From positions 30,320,001 through 30,384,000 of the forward strand of contig CM052818.1 of the NCBI GenBank assembly GCA_028534125.1: a stretch of 64,000 nucleotides of DNA, written 5' to 3'. The stretch is from Lama glama (taxonomy: Eukaryota). Below, in pieces: positions 37,982 through 50,829 of this stretch; the stretch's first letter is position 1, and each line of letters opens with the position of its first letter. The position numbers and the translations under genes are program-made. Under the pieces are notes generated by a model. That model was not told where the DNA came from. It ran no database searches and saw only the letters and a list, made by a program, of their open reading frames with translations.

Positions 37982-38405
37982 CTTTTTCCCAGCTTTATTG
38001 AGATAGAATTGACATATAACATCATGTAAGTTTAAGGCATACATCATGATGGTTTGATACCCTTATATATTGTGAAGGATTAGTTAATGCCTCCATCATC
38101 TCACATAATTACTGTTTCCTTTTTGTGGTGAGAACATTTAAGATCTACTCTCTCAGCAGTTTTCAAGTATATAATACACTATTGTTAACTATAGTTGTAC
38201 ATTAGATCCTCAGAACTTATTTATCTTGTAACTGGAAGTTTGTATCCTTTCACTGACCTCTCTCAAATTACCCCCCCCATTAGTCTACTCTGTTTTCTTT
38301 TTTAATTGAGGTATATAGTCAGTTTACAATGTTGTGTCTAGTCTACTCTGTTACTATGAATTCAATTCTTTAGATTTCACATATAAGTGAGATCATACAG
38401 TATCT
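37982..38405 (-). mobile_element. L1MA9-like 3' end containing a 44-bp younger L1 tail
   Basis: Antisense L1 3'UTR; internal insert at 38295-38338 flanked by a perfect 14-bp TSD. Confidence 0.75.
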
Positions 38406-39801
38406 ATTTATATCTCTCCATCTCTATTAAGCTAGAGTTCACACTCATTTCTCCAACTCTAATTCATCATTTTTACACTTTTCCTCTTGCTTATCTGTAA
38501 CTTCCCTCTTCAATAGTGAGAAACCTGTCTCCCACTCAGCATCCACCATCCATTTACTCATTTGTTCAACCCCAGTATATATGTAAAGCAGGCTTAGAAT
38601 TGTTAGCCCATACCTCTGTGTGAAACACATTTACCGACTATAGTTCCTTTTAGTCTTAAAATTTCTAATCAAAATATCATTTTCCAAAGTTGGGTGATTT
38701 TGGAAAGTTTCTAAATTTTTACACCTGCCATTCTCCTTACCTGCTTGGGTGAGGTGGTATCATTAATTTGTAATATAGTTAGATTTATTTGTCATCATTT
38801 CTGTTTTCATCCTGGGATATCCTGACATAACTGGTACATTTGTTTGTTTGTTAAACAAAGTTTAACTTGCTTATAATCAAGTTCATTCATTATGATTTTA
38901 GTTCTGTGGGTTTGACGAATGCCTAAAATCTGTTTTTTTTTTTTTTAAAAAGTGTTTTTCTGTGTGTCATTTCTTGTTGATGTCATTATGCCAAATTTGT
39001 AGCAGTCTCTTTTCCCTGTCTGAGTTGTTGCTTCTCATCTATTGGGTGTTTGGTATTAACATATGTTTATTAGAATTGAGTGAAGTTAAGTCTTGAATTC
39101 TAGGGAACTTTCCTAGGAGTAAAGTACATGAATTTCATATGTAGGTTTTGATACCAGTTTTGTCAATGTAGATACTTCTTCCTTTGGTTACTGTTTGCGG
39201 TTTAGTTGGTAAAAATATTTGAAGTTTGAGTACAAGATTCATAATCACTGTGCTTTGGAACACTAGACCAAGTGTGTCAAGGAAGAACATCTAGCTGATG
39301 ATTACTCTTAGCATCTGGATTATTTCATTTTCATAGGACAAGTGGGGTGCTGTGTTATTTAGGATATAAGCCAGAGAAATGGTTTTCGATTACCTTAAAT
39401 AATCAAAGTTTATTATGGGAAAATAAGGGACACAGAAATCTCAACTGCTACACGGCAAGGTGTAAGTAAGACAGAGAGTGGCTGAGGGAATGAGTAGTCA
39501 TTTAGGGAACCAGGGAGCTCTGGGTTATCTTGTTGCAGTCTTAGCAGCAGGTGTCCTTGGCTCAGTCCCTATTGCAGAGGTCCTCAACCGGAGGCTATAT
39601 ATAAGAATCGTCTGTGGGACCCTATGCCAGAAATGTTGAGCTAGTTACACTCTTCTAGGTATGGGGATTCTGGCCTTATTATTATTTTTTAAAGCTCTAC
39701 AGGTGATTCTGATGAATACTTTTGCTCTAGTGTTTTGCTAGATTCAAGGTCTGCTTCTTCTGAATTAATGCTATTGACTAATTTAAACTGTGAGAATACT
39801 A

Positions 39802-41013
39802 GGTTGCATGCATCTTTTCAAGTTAGAGTTTTCATCTTTTCCGGCGATATGCCCAGGAGTGGGATTGCTGGATGGTATGGTAGCTCTATTTTTAGTTTTT
39901 TAAACAACTTCCATACTGTTCTCTATAGTGGCAGCACCAGTTTACATTCCCACCAACAGTGTAGGAGAGTTCTCTTTTCTTCACATTATCTCCATTTTTA
40001 TTTGTACACTTTTTGGTGATGGTCATTCTGAGTGGTGTAAGGTGATACCTCATTGTGATTTTGATCTGTATTTCTCTAATAATCAGTGATGTTGAGCGTC
40101 TTTTCATGTACCTGTTGGCCATTTGTATATCTTTGGAGAAATGTCTATTTAGGTCTTCTGCCCATCTCTTGATTGAGTTTTTGCTTTTGATACTGAATTG
40201 TATATTTTAGAAATTAATCTCTTTTTGGTTGCATCGTTTGCAAATAATTTCTCCCTGTGTGTAGGTTGTCTTGTTGATTTGTTTATGGCTTCCTTTGCTG
40301 TGCAAAAGCTTTTAAGTTTAATTAGATCCCATTTATTTATTTTTGCTTTTATTTCTTTTGTCCTGGGAGACTGCTCTAAGAATATATTGCTATGATTTAT
40401 GTCCAAGAATGTTTTGCCTGTGTTCTCTTCTAGTTTTATGGTGTCAACTCTAACTTGAAAAATTACATGCATCCCAATGTTTATAGCAGCACTATTTGCA
40501 ATAGCCAAGACATGGAAACAACCAAAATGCCCATCAACAGATGAGACGATTAGTTTAAGAAGGTGGTGTGTGGTACACAATGGAGTATTACTCAGCCATA
40601 AAAAGAATGAAATATTGCCATTTGCAACAACATGGATGGCCTTAGAGAATATCTAAGTGAAGTAAGTCAAAGACAAATTCATATGATATCACTTACATGT
40701 GGAATCTAAAAAGTAATACAGTTGAATCTATATACAAAATAGAAACAGACTCACAGACAGAGAGAGCACACTTACTGTTACCAAAGGGGAAAGCAGGGGG
40801 TTGGGGAGGGAGTATGAGATTAACAGATACGAACTACTATACATTAAATAGATAAGCACCAAGGATTATTGTAAAACACAGGGAACAGTATTCAAAATCT
40901 TGTAATAACCTATAATGGAAAATAATCTGAAAAAATATATAACTGAATCACTTTGCTATATACCTGAAACTAACACAATATAGTAAATAAACTGTATACT
41001 TCAATTAACAATA
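39802..41013 (+). mobile_element. 5'-inverted (twin-primed) L1 insertion
   Basis: 39802-40445 is antisense ORF2 and 40446-41013 is sense ORF2 end plus 3'UTR; see findings. Confidence 0.8.
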
Positions 41014-44000
41014 AACTGAAGAGTAGAAGGCAGGGAGCTGTCTATTCAATTATCTAGTTTCCATCTCTGCTTTGTATAGAATTCTTTGACTCCTAAGGCT
41101 ACTGTATCAGCTATTGGCCAGCCCATAAATGAGTTCTTCTTGGGTTCAGACCCCCATTCCTATTCTAGTCAGCTGTGACCAGATTGAAAGGGTTATTTGG
41201 CATTATGTCTTATATTACCATACTTGATAATACTTGTCTCTGCATTTGACTGTGGTGAGGAGGTAGTACAGAAGTGGGCAGTGGAGAAATACCTATGGGT
41301 AAGGATTAGAAGAGGCTTTTCTGTGAGGTAAAAACTAAGTGGAAATCCCAAATGCTGTGAAGTTTGGGAGAGAGATTTCCAGTTAGAGGGAATATATGGC
41401 TGAAATATAGTGAAGACCGTTGGAGGAGGCTAGGACTACATCATACAATCTTATGGGGCTGGTAAAATAGTTTGGATTTTATTCTAACTGTATTGGGAAT
41501 CCATGTGAAATGGCAGAGAGAACTCAAAAAATCTGATTGAGTATTAAAATGTTCATAATAAAATAAACATTGAATGAAGAGCAGTGATTTAAAGATAAAA
41601 AAGTCCTTAAAATATTTCAAAATTACATTGCTAGTGTTGAATTTGGTAATTTTTTCAAATCTCAGTTCAATTTTCAATTCTTTCAAAATTTCAAGTGTTG
41701 TTTTTAAACAATTGAATTAAGATATTTTATGTTATGGAATTGGATAGTCTGCTTATCAGTTTGTCTGTCATCTGGCATAGTAATAAATGGTTGGTCTCTA
41801 CATAGAAGTTAATCTGGATGTATTTATGAAATACATGGTAGCATTTCACTAAGAATTTTGGGGAATAAAAAATAAGTGCAAATAAACTCTCACCAAAGTT
41901 CGGATGAGCCAACATCTAACAGGGCTTCTGGATTCAGCTTAATGATTATAGCCAGCATTTATGAAGCCTTTACTATATGTCAGGCATTTGCTCTTGGATT
42001 TCTCTTTTAATACAACAACCACATGAAAAAGCTGAGGCTTAGGTTGTTTGAGGTCACGAAGTTTCTGCTTGTGTTTCCACCAGTTGGCTCCACAGTTGGA
42101 GCTTTTAACCACTGTTCCATCCATATTGCTTCCCGTACAAAGTTTTAAATAAATGAATATCCTAAATTATTAAACATATATGTTCATTTGAAAATAAAAT
42201 GTTAGGAAATAATTCAACTTTTAAAACAAATTTATTTCGTGGAGTTTGACAGTGTAAGACCAATAAAGGCAAAATAATCATTAAAAAATTGTAAAAATGT
42301 GAAGTTATAGTTGTTAGCCATGTGTGTTGCATAAATTATACAGTGCACGTTTCAGTATGTAGCTCTTGTAATTAAAACACATCTTCAAGCATAAGAACTT
42401 TCAGTAGCTCCCCATTTTCTGTCTGTATGGAAAGTAAGGGAACTCCTTAATGTAGGAGTCAAGGGGTCACTTATTCTACTCCCCTTCTCTACTATGCAGT
42501 TGTTTGTTTCATGCAGCTGGAATTGTCATTTCTACTTCTATGTTTTTGTTCATAGCTTCCTTCTGTTTGGAAATGCCCTGCCATCTTCTTCTCTGGTTCT
42601 ACATTAAGACTTAAGTCTATTTTTCTTCCCAGCATTTTTCCTTCTTCAGAACTCTGAAATCCCTCCTTAGGCATTGTGTTTATCTCACCTTGTTTTGTTT
42701 AGCTGTTTCCCCAACTATAGATAAGGCTCTTGATGAAAATGGCTGTCACTGATACCTTTTTCAGTGTCTTATATACACAAGGAGCTCGATAATTACTTGT
42801 TAGTGAAAAAAGGATAAAAAGCTATATAACAGTATCAGTAATGTTTTTTAATAAACATTTTCATTTTGTTCATCTTGTCTCATAAATCTTAAGTTTATAA
42901 TCTGATAATTTATATTCTTGTAGAAACTTTTGGTATTTAATTTCACCATGAAATGAAAGGTTGGAACTCTGAAAGGAGAAAGTGTATTTTGTATTGATCT
43001 GTATAAATAGCAAGAATATGATCATAGTAATTTATATTGTGAATATTTAGAAATTGCTATTCCCTTGACATTTGATATATTTAATTATTCATACTTCAAA
43101 TCAGGTTTCTTGAATACCTTATATTGGTTTTAAAAATTTATTCTTTATAGATTTGACTTATACTTCCTTTCTAAGTTTGGAATGTACATGGGGAAAGCTT
43201 TTAACTTCAGCTTGTTTGTACTGTTTATTAGTGTTTTTCTACCTTGATCTCTTATTTAAAAATTTTAAACTGTCTGTGAAAATTTGCTTCCTCAGTTGCC
43301 ACTTTATCATTCCCCTATTTAGTGTTAAGTTGAGGAGCATTGATTTTAGGAGAATTATTTATTAAAAGTAATTGAAATTATACTAAGAGTCTAGATGGAA
43401 GTTAAACTTGCCTTGTTCTTAATTATGGGCTAAAGAGAATTTGGTTTGCATGTGCAATCCAACTTTCTGGATGTGTTTTTTTTTTGTCTCTTCATATTTT
43501 TAATATATTTATGTATACTTTTAGTAGTTTTTAGAAATGTGACTATTGATGCTAGGTCATGATAATGTATATTGGCATTTTCAGCATTTAAAGTTTCTTG
43601 CCGCATTTTAACTACCGTTTAGAGTCCAGACTTCTTTCTCAGCTCATTGTTGCATGAGCTTCCATTCCTTTCCTTTGTCTCTCTAGACAGTTTGTTCCTA
43701 GGCAAAGACACTTTGTTTTTTAGTACTTGGCCCACATAGGGGGTGGGAAAGAAATGTAACTAGGACGCTAGTGCCTTTTTCTAGATAATCACTAAAGAAT
43801 GTGTAAGCTAAGTGTTCTTCATATTTGGGTGGCATCGCCTACATGTCTAGGTGGTAGGGCATGGGTTTTGGTAATTAGCTTTTCCCCTAACTGGGCCCAG
43901 TGAGCCCCTGTTGTATATGCATTGCCTGCTGACTCCTCTGTCTGTCACACAGATCTGGAGATGAGAATTTTCCTCAAACCCCAGCTTTGTCTAGCTGGAG

Positions 44001-46145
44001 GAGCTTTGTCCCAGGAGAATGCATAATTTAGGTGTCATACTTGCCAAGTATGCTGGTGTTTATTTTTTTACATTAGTTTTACTTTCCTACTGCAGACTGT
44101 TCAATTGGGAGAGAAACCTAACTTTTTGTGGGTTCCTGTTCTGGATTAACAAAAATCAGTGTATTCTTAGAACTTTTATCATACAACAGTACTCATGACC
44201 ACTGTTTTATTTTTCTGTGTGCCATATAGTTATAAACAGAAGATTAAGTTGATTTAGATTTTAGTTTCTGTCCATAGATATTTTATAAGTTTATTGGTGT
44301 TTTGTAGTTTGAAATGCTGGATTTCTAGAGATGTTGAAGCCATGAGAAAACAAACGTGTATGCCTGTGCATATATTTTAATTTTTACTTAGAAAGCAGTT
44401 TGAGTTGTTAGAAAAGTACATTAACACTTTGCAAGTATCCATTACATAAATTGTCTTGAATACATACATGTAATTTTTTTAGATATGTGTAATGTTTTGA
44501 ATTTGGAAGCAGAAAGTATAGTTTTCCAACCATTATTATGTTAATTGACATAAATTTTCACATATTTAAATTGTTAACTGGAAATGATGTGATACACTGA
44601 CCTTGTGTCTTTGTTGGGTATCAGGCAGAAATCTAATGAATAAATAAAGTGCCCTTAGTATACAGAATAAGATGTTATATTTTGTGAATGTCCATGATAG
44701 TAAGCAGGTATAAAAGATTGGAGGTAGAGGGAGAGAGAATAATCAGCACTTTCTAATTTATTGATTTTTCATTTTTATTATCCTATGAATTTCCATAAAC
44801 TGAAGATTTGTCTAGATTGTCTTTGTTTTATTGAGGCAAAATTCAGATAATATAAAATTAGCCATTTTAAACTGTATATTTCATTGGCATTTAATACATT
44901 CACAGTGTGGTGCAACCACCACCTATATCAAGTCCCAAAACATCCTCATAATCCCCAAAGAAAACCCTATACCTATTTAGCAATTACTCCCCATTTCCAC
45001 CTATTGTTAGCCACTGTTGGCCATGAATCTGCCTTCTGTCTCTGTGGATTTATCCCTTTAGGATATTTCATATAAATAGAACCATACAATATGTGACCTT
45101 TTGTCTGGCTTCTTTCACTTAGGATGATATTTTCAAGGTTAATCCGGTTTGTAGCATTTATCAGTACTATTCTTTTTTATGGCAAAATAGTGTTCTATTG
45201 TATGTATATAGCACATTTTGTTGTCTTTTCATATGTTGGTAGATATTTGAGTTGTTTCCATTTTTTGGCATTTGTGAATGGTGCTGCTATGAATATTTGT
45301 CCACTTGTACACAAGTATTTGTTTGAATACCTGTTTTCAGTTCTTTTGGGTATTTACCTAGGAGTGGAATTGCTAGATCATATGGTAGATCTATGTTTAA
45401 TTTCTTTAGAAAATGCCAAAGTGTTTTCCAAAGTGGCTGCACCATTTTACAGCCCCAGTAACAATACATGAAGATTCTAGCTTCTCCACATCTTCTTTGA
45501 TCACTTGTTACCTTCTTCTTCTTTGTTTTCGTCCTCTTAATGAGTGTGAATTGGTATCTTATTGTGGTTTGATTTGCATTTGCTAATTGCTAATGGTGTC
45601 AGTTGAACATTTTTTCATGTGCTCGTTGGCCGTTTGTATGTATCTTTGGAGAAATGCTTATGGAGATTTTTTGCACATTTTTAAATTGCATTTGCCTTTT
45701 TGTTGACTTGTAAGTATTCTTTATATATTCTCACTATTAATTCTTTATCAGATGTATGATTTGCAAGTATTTTCTCCCATTTTGTAGGTTGTCTTTTCAC
45801 TTTCTTGACGATATCTTTTCATGTACCAAAGTTTTAAATTTTGATAAAGTACAGTTTTATCTATTTTTTCTTTTGTTGCTCATACTTTTGGTGTTAAGGT
45901 ATCATTGGCAAATCTGAGGTTATGATTCACCTCTGTATTTTCTTCTGAAAGTTTTATAGTTTTCAGCTTTTACCTTTAGGTTATTGATCTGTTTTGAGTT
46001 AATTTTCGACTGTGGGATGAGGTAAGGGTCCAGCTGCATCATTTTGCATGTACATTTCCAGTTGTCATAGCACTGTTTGTTGAAGATGCTGTTCTCTCAT
46101 TGAAGTGGCATAGATATTTGAATCTATATCTGTGCTGTCAGTTCT

Positions 46146-46612
46146 TTTTTTTTTAATTAGATTTAAAAAATTGAAGTATAGTTGATTTACAGTGTTTCAG
46201 GTATACAACAAAGTGTTATACATATATATATTCTTCTTCAGATTCTTTTCTGTTATAGGTTATTACAAGATATTGAATATAGTTCTCTGTGCTATACAGT
46301 AGGTCCTTGTTGTTTATCTATTTTTATATATAGTAGGGTGTATATGTTAGTCTTATACTCCTTATTTATCCCTCTCCCTTCTCCCCCCCTTTCCCCTTTG
46401 GTAACCATAAATTTATTTTGTAATGTCTGTGAGTCTTTTTGGTTTGTAAATAAGTTCATTTTTATCATTTTTTAAAGATTCCACATATAAGTGATATCAT
46501 ATGATAGTTTTCTTTCTCTGTCTGATTTACTTCACTTAATATGATAATCTTTAGGTCCATGCATGTTGTTGCAAATAATATTTCATTCTTTTTTATGGCT
46601 GAGTAATATTCC

Positions 46613-46647
<35 letters not shown>

Positions 46648-47372
46648 ACCACATATACATATATATATATATACATCACATCTTCTTTATTCTTTCAGTC
46701 ATTGATGAACATTTCAGTTGCTTCTATATCTTGGCTATTGTAAATAGTGCTGCTGTGAACATTGGGGTACATGTATCTTTTCAAATTAGTTTTTTCTGTG
46801 TATATGCCTGGGAGTGAGATTGCTGGATCATATGGTAACTCTATTTTTAGTTTTTTAAGGAACCTTCATATTGTTCTCCATAGTGACTGCACCAACTTAT
46901 ATTCCCACTAACTGTGCAGGAGGGTTCCCTTTTCTTCACATCCTCTTCTAGCATTTGTTATTTGTAGGCTTTTTAATGATGACCATTCTGACTGATGTGA
47001 GGTGATATCTCATTGTAGTTTTGATTTGCATTTGTCTAATGTAGCAATGTTGAGTATCTTTTCATGTGCTTGTTGGCTAACTCTGTGTCTTCTTTGGATA
47101 AATGTCTGTTTAGGTCTTCTGCCTATTTTTTGACTGGGTTGTTTGTATTTTTTTTTTTTTAATATTGACATGTATGGTCTATTTGTATATTTTGAAGGTT
47201 AATCCCTTGTTGGTTGCATTGTTTGCAAATAATTTCTCCCTGTCTGTGGGTTGTCTTTTTGTTTATGGTTTCCTTTGCTAGGCAAAAGCATGTAAGTTTG
47301 ATTGGGTCCCGTTTGTTTATTTTTGCTTTTCCTTTTCTCTAGGAGATGAATCCAAAAAAAAATATTGCTGCA
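46146..47372 (-). mobile_element. Younger L1 3' fragment nested in the older L1
   Basis: Poly-T start; imperfect TSD TGTGCTGTCAGTTCT (46131-46145) and TGGACTGTCAATTCT (47373-47387). Contains (TG)n/(TA)n at about 46615-46673. Confidence 0.8.
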
Positions 47373-47938
47373 TGGACTGTCAATTCTGTTCAGTTGGTCT
47401 GCATGTCTGTCGTAAAACCAGTACCACACTGTTTTGATCACAGTAGCTTTGTAGTTAAGTTTTGATATTAGAAAATATGAATCCTCCACCTTTGTTCTTT
47501 TTCAAGGTTTTTTTTTGCCGTTCAGGGCCCTCTGAACCTCCATATGAATTTGAGGATCAGCTTTTCCATTTATACAAAAAATAGTGGTTGAGATTTTAAT
47601 AGAGATTACATTGAATCTGTAGATCACTTTGAGAGTATTGCCATTTTAACAATATTAAATCTTTCAATGCATGTACACAGAATATCTCTTCACTTATTTA
47701 GATCTTTGTTATTTCAGCAATGTTTATACTTTTTAGTGTATACGTCTTTCACATCCTTGGTTAAAATTATTGCTCAGTATTTGTTTTGATTCTGTCATAA
47801 ATGAAATTGTTTTCTTAATTTCCTTTTTGGATTGTTCATTGCTAGTGAGTAGAAATACAACTGCTTTTTGTTTTTTGATCTTGTATCAAAAAACCTTATT
47901 AGCTCAGTTGGTTTTAATGCGGATTCTTAAGGATTTTT

Positions 47939-48494
47939 AAAAATCTCACTTTCCCCTTTTTATAATCCAACATAAAACAACTATTAAGTTCTTATCCAGG
48001 AGATATGGGTAGCCCTGAAAAGTGCCTTTGGTTTGGACTTGACTTCTTCAAGTTCCTTAAACTGATGTAGGCCACTACTTTCCCTTAGCTTATGGTGGCT
48101 CTCTGACTTTCTGAGAGCAGCATGGCCTGGCTCTTTGGCAGGACACTGCCCTGAGTGACGGTAACTTTGCCCAGGAGCTTGGTCAGTTCCTGGTCATTGA
48201 GGATAGCCATCAGCAGGTGATGCAGGATGATGCATATCTCCTTGTTGTGGGGCCTTGTTGCCTGCCAGCTCCAGGATCTTGGCCATCAGGTACTCCAGCA
48301 TTGCTGCTGGGGGCACCTGCCTGCCACTTCAGCCCACTCTGCATACCCTTGTGGAGAAGGAATGGTATATGGCCCATGGGTAACTGGAATCCGGCCCAAG
48401 GAGAGTGGATTTTGGCCTGGGCCTGAGCTTTGCTGCCATGTTTGCCTCATTCAGACATTATGACCTCAACTACTACATTGCAAATAGCTATCCT
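47939..48494 (-). pseudogene. Decayed replication-dependent histone H2A retrocopy with 3' stem-loop, inserted in an old L1
   Basis: The minus strand from ATG 48458 reads MSE*GKHGSKAQAQAK..AGFQLPMG, then [56 protein letters not shown] and ESHHK to TAG at 48077-48075, with several frameshifts. Stem-loop relic CAAAGGCACTTTTCAGGGCTACCCA at 48030-48006. Flanking direct repeat AGGATTTTT at 47930-47938 and 48495-48503. Confidence 0.9.
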
Positions 48495-48573
48495 AGGATT
48501 TTTTTTAATATATAAGATCATGTCATCTGTGGATAGTGATAGTTTTATGTCTTCCTTTTCCATTTGGATGCCC

Positions 48574-48650
48574 TTTCTTCCTTCCTTCTTCTCTTTCTTT
48601 CTTTCTTTCTCTCTTTCTTTCTCTCTTTCTCTCTCTCTTTCTCTCTTTCC
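48574..48650. repeat. (TTTC)n/(TC)n polypyrimidine microsatellite inside an L1
   Basis: Read directly. Confidence 0.85.
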
Positions 48651-50795
48651 CAGTTTCTCTGGTTAGAACTTACAGTACAATATTGACTGGAAGTGGCAGA
48701 AGTCGGCATTCTTGTCATGTTCCTAATTTTAGGGGGGGATGCTTTCAGTTTTTTTTTACCATTGAGTATGATGTTAGTTGTGGGTTTTCTCATAAATGCC
48801 CTTTCATTAGGTCAAGGAAGTTTTCTTCTATTCTGAATCTGTTTTTATCACAAAAGGTTGTTGGATTTTGTGAAATGCTTTTTCTGCATCAATTGAGATG
48901 ATCATGTGTTTTTCTTTTCTTTTATTAATCTGGTCTATTACACTGTTTTATTTTCATATAGTGAACTACCCTTGCCTTCCTGGGATAAATCCCGCTTGGT
49001 TGTGGTGTCTAATCCATGTTTCTGGATTTGGTTTGCTAGTATTTTGACATCTATATTCACAAGGGATATTGGTTTATGGTTTTCTTTTCTTGTGATATCT
49101 GTGTCTGACTTTGTTATCAGAGTAGTGCTGCGTTATAAAATGAGTTAGACAGTGTAATCTACTCCTCTGTTTCTTGGATGAGTTTGAGAAGGGTTGGCAT
49201 TAATTATACTTGAAGTGTTTGATAGAACTCACCAGTGAAGCCATGAGTAGGCTTTTCTTTGTTGGCAGGTTTCGATTGTTGTCTTGGTTTCTTGTTATAT
49301 GTATGTTCAGATTTTGTATTCTTGAGTCAGTTCTGATAGTTTGTGTTTCTAGGTATTTATCCATTTCATCTAGTTTATCTAATTTGTTGGCATGCAGTTG
49401 CTCACAGTATTCTTATAATCCTTTTCATTTTTTAAAGGTCATTAGTATTGTCTTTTTTAATTTTTTTTTTTAAATTGAAGTACAGTTACAATGTGTCAAT
49501 TTCTGGTGTACAGCACAATGTTGTGCATATACATATACATATATTGATTTTCATATTCTTGTAAATTGGTTTTTAAATAGAGCTTTGCATTTTTTCTTGC
49601 CTTGGTATATTTCTAACATACCTCTGTTTATATAACATGCTTCAAAAGATGGAGGACTAGGAAACAAGTGAGAAGTATAGCGTCCAAAAGTGTCTGGGTA
49701 TTGTCTTCACTTATACATCAATTCCAATAGAGTTGGGTTCATCAAACTCCCAGACCACATCCCCGCTACATCAGTTAGAGAAACATTTGAGTGAAAGATT
49801 ACTAACAAGAAAATGTATCACAGGTCTAATTTTGTGTAGTGCTAAACTAGCTTGTGCCTTTCTGAATCTTGTGGTGTAAGGTTTATTTGATGCAATTTTA
49901 TATTTTTGAATCTTCCCTGTGCTTGCTTTTAGCTGTCCTTCAAAATAAAAATTTATACTTTCATACATTTTCCTGCATAAATATACCTGAGTTATGTTTA
50001 TACCCAAGAAAGAAGGGTCTACAATCTTGCTAATTTAAGAGTACTCTCACCCTTTGCAGGATATATTATTGGCAGCCATATGAACATATTAATGTATAAA
50101 TTAAGAATCTGGAAATGTGGGAAAGTCAGAATTTTAATGTGGATTTGTTAAACTCTTCTGGTTTAGTTAGTGACTATATGAAATAACTCTCATCCTTTAG
50201 TGTTGTTTCAGAAAAAATGGGACAAAGTGGTCAGCAGTGCTAATAGGAGGTGTTTTGCATGTGCATCTGCAGTGTTTTTTACTTGATCCCAGTGAGAATG
50301 ATAGTGTATTTTGAGTGTGACTGAGAACTATGTTATTTGGTCAGGAAAGATGTTAAGAGATAGTTGCCTCAAGACTCATTAGGAAACTGGGCTGTGTGAC
50401 AATGTCTAACACTGAATGAGTATTTAATAAATGTTTGGTTAAATGGATGGATCAGTAAAAACGAACTTAACTATAGAACTAAAACACGAAAGAGGCTGAG
50501 ATTAACTAAGCTAATGTTAGCTCTTTAAAACAAGCTACATTTTCAAATATAGTAATAGGACTACTATACTGAATGTAAAAGTGTTGCGAGGGCCAGGAAG
50601 AGAATTATTCCTCTTCTTGGAGAGAGAGCTGTTGAAAATTGTGAAAAAGAAAAACCTGTGTTTATTACAAAGGTAATTCAGGTGCATTATAGGAAATTGA
50701 GAAAATATAAATATGAAGCTGAAATAAAGCATCTGTGATCCTAAAATAACTTTTCTTAGCTTTTTGTCTATGCCTGTGTATAAAAATGGGGTCAT

Positions 50796-50829
50796 TATGT
50801 GTGTGTGTGTGCGCGCGCGTGCGTGTATA
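50796..50829. repeat. (TG)n(CG)n alternating purine-pyrimidine microsatellite
   Basis: TATGTGTGTGTGTGTGCGCGCGCGTGCGTGTATA read directly. Confidence 0.9.

Larger units (their letters stand above)
44825..49455 (-). mobile_element. Old L1MB-type element (3'UTR plus ORF2) hosting two later insertions
   Basis: Collinear antisense ORF2 resumes after each insertion (46146-47372 and 47939-48494). Confidence 0.8.

Noticed and set aside
39892..40580. ORFs resembling L1 ORF2 (KWDLIKLKSFCTAKE etc.)
   Set aside because: Fragments of a truncated, inverted L1; not an active element or a host gene.
48217..48463. Plus-strand ORFs of 69 and 78 aa in a GC-richer patch
   Set aside because: Antisense shadow of the H2A pseudogene.
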